Positions 21,395 to 28,639 of a stretch of DNA of 32,000 nucleotides are shown one piece after another (positions within the stretch are counted from its first letter, which is position 1; the number at the start of each line of letters is the position of its first letter). Origin of the DNA: Acaryochloris marina MBIC11017 (lineage in GTDB: Bacteria > Cyanobacteriota > Cyanobacteriia > Thermosynechococcales > Thermosynechococcaceae); assembly GCF_000018105.1 (NCBI RefSeq), contig NC_009925.1, positions 4,440,001 through 4,472,000 of the forward strand. The letters are read 5' to 3'. The notes beneath the pieces were generated by a model. The model saw only the letters and a program-made list of their open reading frames with translations, ran no database searches and had not been told where the DNA came from. The position numbers were made by a program, and so were the translations under genes.

Positions 21395-21835
21395 TTAGCC
21401 AAGGCTTAAGCTGTTTTTTTCGAGCGTACGTCGCACAGTTTCATCCGATAGGCTTTCGACGACTTTAAGTTCAACCAGCCGTTCTGCCAATAGCTGCATG
21501 GTCCACCGGCAACAACCGGTTGGTGGGTCGCTACAAGCTGTCGCAATTAGCAAGGCCTCTGCTTTGCTATCGAGCTTCTTTTGCCCTCCTGGTCTGGGAC
21601 GCTCATTGAGGGCAAATTCCACACCACCTTCAACAAATTTCTGGCGAGTACGATGCACGGTAGAGATGCCTGCATTGAGCATTTGAGTAATGGTATCGTC
21701 TTTGTGTCCCTCATCTGCCAACATCAAAATCTGGGCTCGTTTCATTTTTCGCGCTGACAGGGTTCTACGTCGGGTGAGTTGTATCAGCTCACTGCGTTCT
21801 TCAGGCGTTAGCGTCACAATATATTTGTCAGGCAT
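21395..21835 (-). CDS. IS630-family transposase, N-terminal helix-turn-helix part (orfA)
   Basis: 146 aa with HTH-like segments (SARKMKRAQILMLADEG, ISTVHRTRQKFVEGG). It ends a few codons after the A7 run. Confidence 0.85.
   Translation of the reverse strand: MPDKYIVTLTPEERSELIQLTRRRTLSARKMKRAQILMLADEGHKDDTITQMLNAGISTVHRTRQKFVEGGVEFALNERPRPGGQKKLDSKAEALLIATACSDPPTGCCRWTMQLLAERLVELKVVESLSDETVRRTLEKNSLSLG
21414..21420 (-). promoter_or_regulatory. A7 slippery heptamer for programmed -1 ribosomal frameshifting in the IS630 transposase
   Basis: The minus strand reads CTC GAA AAA AAC. The -1 frame continues as KK-QLKPW..WC, the usual IS630 linker motif. Confidence 0.7.
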
Positions 21836-21970
21836 GATTAGTTGGCTAAAAACAGCTAGATTGTTGCTAGCTTACCTATCCAATTCAGTGTGGTCGAGCA
21901 CTACTGTTTAAGGTCAAGTTATTGTTATAGGCCACAATCGCAACCAGTTCATCCGTTGTTCCTGGGGTAT

Positions 21971-24742
21971 TTAAGAAAATGGCTGTTCCTGATTGCATAC
22001 CCGCCGGAGCTGCCCCCAACCGATAGTCAGTGGCTTGTCCGTGGAGTTGAATTTTATCCCCACGAGATTGCTTGAATCCTTTGACAGGGCATAATCTTCA
22101 GCCCCTAATGTATTATTTTGGCCATCATTGTAGAATGCTTGACTGGCATCTCCCAATACAAAGGTATTGATACCAGTCCAGGCCGTGAGGATGTCTTGCT
22201 CACCTCGACCGGCTTGGGTCTGGGTTGCATCAACCCCCATTAGCAAGTCATTGCCATGCCCCCCCTCAACGGAATCATTACCTCGGCCTCCAGTTAGGGT
22301 ATCGTTACCCCCTTCACCTCTGAGGGTATCGTTGCCAGCATCACCCATTAGCCAGTCATTCCCGTCTTGGGAAGAGAGCAGATCATTACCATCCCCACCA
22401 TGGAGGGAATCATTACCTGCGCCACCACCGAGGGAATCTTGTCCCTTTCCACCATAGATAAGATCGTTACCAGCAGCGGCCCAAATTTGGTCATTGCCAT
22501 CTTCACCCCAATGACTGTCATTACCAAGGCCACCGGCTAAGTAATCATCCCCACTACCTCCCCAAAGGGCATCATTCCCGGCCTCGCCATATAGCCGGTC
22601 TCGCCCCATTCCACCTCGAATAAGGTCATCTCCTTCATAACCATATAGGCTATCTTCACCGTAGTCGCCTTCTAGAGTGTCATTTCCTAAAGCACCGTAA
22701 AGCGTATCATTACCCCAGGAACTGAGTAGTTGATCATCACCACGCCCACCAAATAAAGTATCGTCACCGCTATTACCAAAAAGTTGATCTTGACCATCAC
22801 CACCATTGAGGTGATCATTGCCATTCCCCCCCATCAACGAATCAGCATCATTACCCCCACTCAAGGTGTCACTTCCAGAGCCACCATAAAGAGAATCATT
22901 GCCAACATCTCCGTAGAGAGAATCGTCCCCTCCATCCCCTCGCAGCTCATCATCCCCCGCGGCACCATTGAGCGTATCATTGCCATCCGCGCCGAGGAGT
23001 CGATCTTGGCCAATGTCTCCATAGAGGGTATCGTTACCTTCACCTCCTGCAAGGGTATCGTTACCTTCACCACCATTTAGGTTATCGTCACCTAGGGCTC
23101 CGTCTAAGCGATCATCGCCTTCTAAACCATAGAGTCTGTCGTTACCTGAACTGCCCCAGAGGGAATCATTTCCTGCACCGCCATTGAGGGTGTCATCGCC
23201 ATCCCCACCATATAAGACATCAAGACCAGCACCGCCATTGAGGTTGTCATTGCCATCCTGTCCAACGAGGGTGTCATTATCGTTGCCGCCATTGAACTTG
23301 TCATCGCCAGTGCCACCATCGAGTAAGTCGTTGCCATCTCCCCCATACAGATCATCGTTACCGACCTCGCCATGCAAGTGATCATTACCGGTGCCACCAT
23401 AAAGGCTGTCGTTGCCACCTGCACCACGAAGCGTGTCATTCCCACCCCGTCCTTCCATATACTGGTTGCGATCGCTTCCTCGCATCCAGTTATTAGCATC
23501 CGTGCCATCAAGGAAAAAGTGGTTATCTCCACTGGGAATGGGAGAAGGCGTTGGTGTGGATATCCCGTTGCCAAACAACCTCACATCATCCAGCCCTACA
23601 AAGTCTCCCTGATCTTTCGTTCCTCGGGTATTCACTTGAAACAGTAGAAAGTCATATCCCTGCTTGAGATCAACATTCCAGCGAAACGATTGCCAATCAA
23701 AATTAGTACCACCGAGGGTAACGTCCGCCAGCTTCACCCGTTGCATGGGCAACGTCCCTGCTCGTTGTGGGCCAGAGGTTAAATACAGGCTATTTTCAAA
23801 CTGACCATTAACCCCCCAGAGGGTAATGTCAATATCATTGTTGAGTTTCCCGCTTTCTTCAGTATTCTTGAGCTTCAGCCCCAGCGTTTGCATTCCTCGG
23901 CGGATGTGTTGGTCATATATGACTTGAGCGAGCCCTGTTCCATAGTGATTGGGAGACGATAGCACTGCTGCACCGTTCCCGATTGAGGCATTTCGTCGAA
24001 CACCAGGAGTGGCTAACCAGCTTAAATCAGCACCTGCACTATTCCCTCGATAGGCAGCACCAAATGCAGTTCCTGAGCGAAAATCATTGTTCTGAAAAGG
24101 GTTGAGGTAGTTTGCCCTCTGAACATTGAAGGTTTTCGTAAGGGTATGAGTGGCCCCCTGGTTATCCCACACTGTCAGGGTAACGGCTTGACTAAACTGA
24201 TGGCTGACTTGCCGCCCAAATTTATCGATTTTGCCATCATTATTGAAATCCCAACCGTAGGCTGCAATCGCATTACTCGCTAAAGCCCTGGTGAGTCCCT
24301 GACCATCAGGCTTTAAGGGGTCAGTATCGTAGGATGCACCAGCATCAAACGCCAATGCTAAACCACCGATGGTCTTGCTATTGAATAAAGCCACAGGCAA
24401 AGCATTATTACCTGCACCAATAAAACGAGTGTTGTTGATTTTTAAATTTTTGGGAAAATCATCTGGGCGAGTACCATTACCAAGGGGTGCTCCGCCTATA
24501 GCCGAGATATTGTATTTATTCCGACTGAAATAGCTATTGTTGAGGGAGGATGCAATAAAGTCTTGGTGGTGATTGGGAAATTCAATTTTGAACCCCTCAT
24601 TAAACCCTTTGACTCGCAGCTTATTGAAGTTGATATTAAAAGAGGCGTGGTTCTCAAAAATTCCTCTACCACGGGGTTGATCAGGATTACCGATGATCAA
24701 GCCATTTTTGATATCCGTGTAGGAGCTGTACTGAACTTTCAC
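21971..24742 (-). CDS. hemolysin-type (RTX) calcium-binding repeat protein with a PKD-like domain; 3' fragment of the frameshifted gene
   Basis: 923-codon ORF with only a GTG start. It has a PKD-like segment (AYGWDFNNDGKID...VTLTVWDNQGATHTL) and about 47 GGxGxDxLx nonapeptides at aa 413-836. The last 37 codons are out of the authentic frame. Confidence 0.8.
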   Translation of the reverse strand: MKVQYSSYTDIKNGLIIGNPDQPRGRGIFENHASFNINFNKLRVKGFNEGFKIEFPNHHQDFIASSLNNSYFSRNKYNISAIGGAPLGNGTRPDDFPKNLKINNTRFIGAGNNALPVALFNSKTIGGLALAFDAGASYDTDPLKPDGQGLTRALASNAIAAYGWDFNNDGKIDKFGRQVSHQFSQAVTLTVWDNQGATHTLTKTFNVQRANYLNPFQNNDFRSGTAFGAAYRGNSAGADLSWLATPGVRRNASIGNGAAVLSSPNHYGTGLAQVIYDQHIRRGMQTLGLKLKNTEESGKLNNDIDITLWGVNGQFENSLYLTSGPQRAGTLPMQRVKLADVTLGGTNFDWQSFRWNVDLKQGYDFLLFQVNTRGTKDQGDFVGLDDVRLFGNGISTPTPSPIPSGDNHFFLDGTDANNWMRGSDRNQYMEGRGGNDTLRGAGGNDSLYGGTGNDHLHGEVGNDDLYGGDGNDLLDGGTGDDKFNGGNDNDTLVGQDGNDNLNGGAGLDVLYGGDGDDTLNGGAGNDSLWGSSGNDRLYGLEGDDRLDGALGDDNLNGGEGNDTLAGGEGNDTLYGDIGQDRLLGADGNDTLNGAAGDDELRGDGGDDSLYGDVGNDSLYGGSGSDTLSGGNDADSLMGGNGNDHLNGGDGQDQLFGNSGDDTLFGGRGDDQLLSSWGNDTLYGALGNDTLEGDYGEDSLYGYEGDDLIRGGMGRDRLYGEAGNDALWGGSGDDYLAGGLGNDSHWGEDGNDQIWAAAGNDLIYGGKGQDSLGGGAGNDSLHGGDGNDLLSSQDGNDWLMGDAGNDTLRGEGGNDTLTGGRGNDSVEGGHGNDLLMGVDATQTQAGRGEQDILTAWTGINTFVLGDASQAFYNDGQNNTLGAEDYALSKDSSNLVGIKFNSTDKPLTIGWGQLRRVCNQEQPFS
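22235..23506 (-). repeat. uninterrupted array of about 47 RTX nonapeptide units (27-bp coding periodicity)
   Basis: Aa 413-836 of the 923-aa ORF read ..GRGGNDTLRGAGGNDSLYGGTGNDHLHGEVGNDDLYGGDGNDLLDG.. through ..GGHGNDLLMG. Confidence 0.85.
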
Positions 24743-25085
24743 CCCTGTGCCCCGAACTCCCCATACTTATAAAGTCATCAATGGTGGAGCGTAAATTATG
24801 AGCCGTTCGAGGGGAAGGACTATCTAACGAAAGCTGTCCATCAAAATTGGTCTTATGGGCCCATAGGTTAATGCCATCTCGGGTATTGTAGCTTTGGAAA
24901 CCGGTCAGCTGCCGCAGAGGAATATCCGTTAAATCAACTTCAGTTTGCCCTGATGGAGCAACCAACGCTCGAATCGCTGGCGGCAATAAAGCCACTGAGA
25001 TCGTACCTTTATCTCGAAAATCCTGGTCAGGTCGCAATGTATCGCCAAAGTATAGATATACCCGCATCATTGGCACTAATCGCAA
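24687..25085 (-). pseudogene. middle frame-fragment of the frameshifted G8/RTX gene
   Basis: 132-codon ORF overlapping the upstream ORF by 59 nt and the downstream ORF by 56 nt, with no independent start context. It bridges the two large fragments. Confidence 0.65.
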
Positions 25086-26688
25086 TATTGTCGGTCATGG
25101 CCACTTGAGCTGAACCTTGCACCCAAAAGCCTTCACCTCTGAATCCAAAGTCAAATAATCGCTCCCGCGTTTTTACGGTTTGACCAAGGGTTCGCCAGTC
25201 TGCTCCAGTGGTTTTAAGCGTGAGATTATTGCGCCAGGCTCCGATTTCATTACCGGATTCAGCGACTATACCAGCCCCCACGACATCGAATACCACATTG
25301 TCTTCCAGTACAGCATGACTATCATGGTGGACAATTCCCCAGCCAGGAGTCCCGACGACAGCATTGCCACGAGCTATAGCCGGAATACCAGTGATATCAT
25401 CTGCACCTGTGCGATGAAAATGTAGGCCATATCGTCCACGACGATTGCTTCCCCCACCTGATGAACCATCTACGTTAGTTCCAGGATCATCAACCACTTT
25501 GCTCTTATCTGAACGTCCTAAGTTGTAGAAACCTGCATTGGTAACCACAACATCAGGATTATGCATAAACATAACGTGAGCCCGTTGCTGGGTCGGCACG
25601 GTAGCCGCATTCTCAGTCTCGAACGTAACGTTCCGGGTCGTATTGGCCACATACAGTTTGAGCTGTCCTTGTTCGGCAATATCAGGAAACTGATGGTCAA
25701 ACCGAAGTACGGTATTGTCGCCAGCCGTGATGTCGTTATTGGTGAAATACACTCGATTCCCATCGATACGAGTGATGGTTAACTCTTCATCCTGAAATCG
25801 AGAATTATCTGCATCCGATTGACCGTAACGATAATTGGTGCCCCCTAACACAATCTGATCGCCAACCTGCCAGCCTTTCGGCACACTCTTGAGCACCAAA
25901 ACATTATCGCCTGCACTCACTTCCCCTTGAAGTGCCAGGAAGTCGGTCTTCTCAGCACCATAGATCCTCGCTTTGCCATGGCTGATCAGTCCTCGACTAA
26001 GTAAGGTTGAATCCCATGACTGATCAATAGCACCATCTGCAGTAAAGATAATTTGAGTCTTAACACTGGCTTGAACGGGATTGCTTTCTGAGCCAATCAT
26101 CAGCTCACCCGAGGGTGCGACCACAAAGGTATCCACCAATAGCTTGGTATCTACGTTATGGGCAAATTGCAAGGAACCATCGACCCGTAAGGTCTCTAAG
26201 CGAGTATCACTCACACTGTCGTAGGTAACTGAGATGCCTTCTTTAATCAAAACATGGGCATCATCGGTTGGAATTTGCCCCCCTTGCCAGGTAGTGGGAT
26301 CAAACCAAGATCCATTTTTGATAGCAATATGGGTGGCTTGTGAATGCGGGACCAAATCCAGTAAAGCGCTATGAGTCATCTGCTTAGCTGGATCATGGGG
26401 ATGAGCACCATGGCCAGATCCTGAGGCCATAGTCATTCCTGAATGCTGGGAACCATGATTCACTGAGGCCATAGCCATTTGAGGCATGGTGGCAGTTGCT
26501 GTCGCACTGAGGGACGCAGCGGAACTAGCCATCAGGGCTTGAGGTTGGGAGGTGGAAGTGGAGATGGATTGTGGTGTAGAAGGCGTCCCTGTACCTGAAA
26601 GCCCGATTACCCCTGCATTACTATCAACTTGAGAAGAAGTACCTAAAAGGTTTTTGGACAGGGGATTTGAGTTGTGATTGCCAGCCAT
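25027..26688 (-). CDS. G8-domain / right-handed beta-helix protein; 5' fragment of the frameshifted gene
   Basis: 553 aa. It has a Ser/Thr/Ala/Met/His-rich N-terminus and a G8-like region at aa ~124-246 (IKNGSWFDPTTWQGGQIP...LRVDGSLQF...GKARIYG). Beta-helix-like repeats follow (GNAVVGTPGWGIVHH, DNIAISANDAGI). Confidence 0.75.
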   Translation of the reverse strand: MAGNHNSNPLSKNLLGTSSQVDSNAGVIGLSGTGTPSTPQSISTSTSQPQALMASSAASLSATATATMPQMAMASVNHGSQHSGMTMASGSGHGAHPHDPAKQMTHSALLDLVPHSQATHIAIKNGSWFDPTTWQGGQIPTDDAHVLIKEGISVTYDSVSDTRLETLRVDGSLQFAHNVDTKLLVDTFVVAPSGELMIGSESNPVQASVKTQIIFTADGAIDQSWDSTLLSRGLISHGKARIYGAEKTDFLALQGEVSAGDNVLVLKSVPKGWQVGDQIVLGGTNYRYGQSDADNSRFQDEELTITRIDGNRVYFTNNDITAGDNTVLRFDHQFPDIAEQGQLKLYVANTTRNVTFETENAATVPTQQRAHVMFMHNPDVVVTNAGFYNLGRSDKSKVVDDPGTNVDGSSGGGSNRRGRYGLHFHRTGADDITGIPAIARGNAVVGTPGWGIVHHDSHAVLEDNVVFDVVGAGIVAESGNEIGAWRNNLTLKTTGADWRTLGQTVKTRERLFDFGFRGEGFWVQGSAQVAMTDNIAISANDAGISILWRYIAT

Positions 26689-26734
26689 ATAGTGTCTTGT
26701 CGTTTAGAGTTTCATGGGTCTTATACCAATTCAC

Positions 26735-27301
26735 TTATTGAGTGACCTTTATAGTCAAAGCATCCAAGATATAAGAATATCCCGTTAGAGAAGCCACCAC
26801 CTTCTGGGAGAGGGTATTGATATGCTCAAATAAAGCGGTCTCCAGTGCCCCAATAGAATCAAAGTTTTTGCCTTTGAAAGGCTTTCTTAGGTCCTGCCAT
26901 AATCGCTCTGCCGGATTGAGTTCTGGACTATGAGACGGCTGTACAATCGGCAACACATTCTCAGGCCATCGAACCCAAGTCGCCATATGGGCTGCGGCTT
27001 GATCTATTTGCATCAGATTGAGACTCTGGGGAAACGCCAAGCTGAATTGCTCCAGGAAGCGCTCAAAACAAACACTATCGAGATGAGAAAACCGATAGAA
27101 GAAACTGTCTCCTGTGAGAGGTTCGACAGCGCCATAGAGCCAGAAAGCCTCTCGGGGCCACTGTACCGTCACCACAGGTTTGACACCCCGCAACGTTAGA
27201 ACCCGACCCGTGAGTGTCTTGAGTCCCCAGCGGCTTTCATCCATGCACCAGTAGCGCACTGGGTGTCCTTGGGCAAAATAGCGGGTCATTACCTCAATCA
27301 C
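26735..27301 (-). CDS. IS630-family transposase, DDE part (orfB)
   Basis: DDE residues lie in CMDESRW, QIDQAAAH and SPELNPAERLW. The frame is open upstream through ..KPIKKLPRVIEV.., at +1 relative to orfA. Confidence 0.8.
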   Translation of the reverse strand: MIEVMTRYFAQGHPVRYWCMDESRWGLKTLTGRVLTLRGVKPVVTVQWPREAFWLYGAVEPLTGDSFFYRFSHLDSVCFERFLEQFSLAFPQSLNLMQIDQAAAHMATWVRWPENVLPIVQPSHSPELNPAERLWQDLRKPFKGKNFDSIGALETALFEHINTLSQKVVASLTGYSYILDALTIKVTQ

Positions 27302-27314
27302 ACGAGGAAGTTTT

Positions 27315-27794
27315 TTAATAGGCTTGTTGTTGAGCTTCCTCTGTCTTGCGTGAGCGAGGTCGAGGAACTTTGAGCTTGGCTTTGAGCCGATAATGCACGG
27401 TTTGATGAACCGTTTTGTAGGGTACGTCTAATCCACACTCATCTAAAAGCCATTGTTGAATCGCCCCGTAGCTCTCAAAGCCCCTGGGGTCAGCTAGACG
27501 AGCTTTCAGCTTTTCGAGGACCTCTCCACCAATCATGGGGGGCTTCCCAGGAGAGGTAGGAATCTCCAGCATTGCCTGTAATCCCCCTGATTTATAGAGT
27601 TTGATCCAGCGATACACCGTGGATTCCCCTCGTCCGGTCAGGGTTGCCAACTCCATGCGAGTGGTGACTTGACCACTTTTGAGCCAGTAGAGGGCTTGCA
27701 AGCGTTCTTTGCGACGACCGGAGGATTGTTGACGTAATAAACGTTTGAGTGTGTCTTCACTTTCACAGATATCAATTCGTAAGGGTCTGGGCAT
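27315..27794 (-). CDS. IS630-family transposase, HTH part (orfA)
   Basis: 159 aa with winged-helix/HTH-like segments (RMELATLTGRGESTVYRWIKLYKSGG). It ends ..EEAQQQAY-TAA. Confidence 0.8.
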   Translation of the reverse strand: MPRPLRIDICESEDTLKRLLRQQSSGRRKERLQALYWLKSGQVTTRMELATLTGRGESTVYRWIKLYKSGGLQAMLEIPTSPGKPPMIGGEVLEKLKARLADPRGFESYGAIQQWLLDECGLDVPYKTVHQTVHYRLKAKLKVPRPRSRKTEEAQQQAY

Positions 27795-28639
27795 GAGGGA
27801 TAAGTATCAGCAACGCGCTACTCCCATAATACAAGTCACACATATATGGAATTGGTATTACTCAGAAGAAGAAAGCTGACTTTTTGAATGCTCTGCTCTA
27901 TTGCCAAACTTCAAGGAAAAGTAAGCTTAATCATGAGTTAATGGGCCTAACATAGATCCCCCAAACTCGATTATTTTATATAGAAAGAATGAATTTCCCG
28001 AGAAGATTGGTGATGATTTATCGTTAATTGAGCAACCACAAAATTGCAAAATTGTCACGATTTATTTTCTCTATAATTTGGGTCAGCCAGTTGCTTAAAA
28101 GATAGATTGCTGACTACCTAGAGAATGAAAGACTAGGGCTATAGGTTCCTGGTATATAGAGCAGGACGAGGTAAGCTTTCTCCTCGCACTTAGTATGGCA
28201 ATACCTAGTTTGAGATCGTGTTTGAGAACAGCAAGTATCGGTATAATTTACGTTGTCGTTTTGTATAACTTAACAATAAAAGTTATACTGCAACCAAAGT
28301 ATTTTTATTACAACGTCATAGATTAACTCACATTGATTCCCACCAGAATATTCAGTTATCCAGGCCACAATTTAAGAGATTCAGTCTCGAGATAACCAGT
28401 CTGACCCTTCAATTTAGCCCAACTACCATTCATCTCTAATTGGCCGAAGTAATAGCTGATCTAGCCTTCTCAATATTGATCATTTGTCGCCTAGATCACA
28501 GAAATTCAGTCCCATCTATTGTGGGGCTCTAGATAATATATCCTTTATAAAGATGCCGAATGCCACTGATCAATACAGCGATAAAAAAATGCTCTGAGTA
28601 GCAGTTCATCATCAATCTAGATGTGGTGCTCTGACAGCA

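Larger units (their letters stand above)
20701..21901 (-). mobile_element. IS630-family insertion sequence (copy 1), 1,201 bp, TA target duplication
   Basis: TA lies at 20699..20700 and 21902..21903. Imperfect terminal inverted repeats match 12/17. It carries a two-frame IS630 transposase with an A7 slippery site. Confidence 0.85.
20679..26688 (-). pseudogene. disrupted giant secreted G8 / beta-helix / PKD / RTX calcium-binding protein gene (three frameshifts plus an IS630 insertion in the last codons)
   Basis: Three head-to-tail ORFs overlap in different frames. A hidden-frame C-terminal domain lies at 21902..22086, and a residual 3' end lies at 20679..20700 (..SSAFTFV-TGA) on the far side of the IS. 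See the findings. Confidence 0.75.
26726..27855 (-). mobile_element. IS630-family insertion sequence (copy 2, unrelated to copy 1), 1,130 bp, TA target duplication
   Basis: TA lies at 26724..26725 and 27856..27857. Terminal inverted repeats CCAATTCACTTATTGAGTGAC and RC CCAATTCCATATATGTGTGAC match 15/21. It carries a two-ORF transposase. Confidence 0.8.

Noticed and set aside
22235-23506. A CRISPR-like or tandem DNA repeat array, suggested by the regular periodicity.
   Set aside because: The period is 27 bp with degenerate units and no conserved repeat/unique spacer alternation. It is fully explained as protein-coding RTX nonapeptides.
22167-23647. Many 60-150-codon ORFs in other frames and on the plus strand across the RTX region (22167..22457+, 22348..22533-, 22784..23080+, 22861..23076-, 23122..23574-, 23184..23381+, 23372..23647+, 23412..23612+).
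   Set aside because: They are by-products of the 27-bp-periodic GGxGxD coding repeat. Their translations are low-complexity (SLP/PPS or M/V/T-rich), and they lie fully inside the far longer RTX frame.
20701-27855. A composite transposon formed by the two flanking IS630 elements.
   Set aside because: The two elements differ in their terminal repeats, length and transposase sequences, so a single transposase is unlikely to act on both outer ends. Each also has its own TA duplication, indicating independent insertions.
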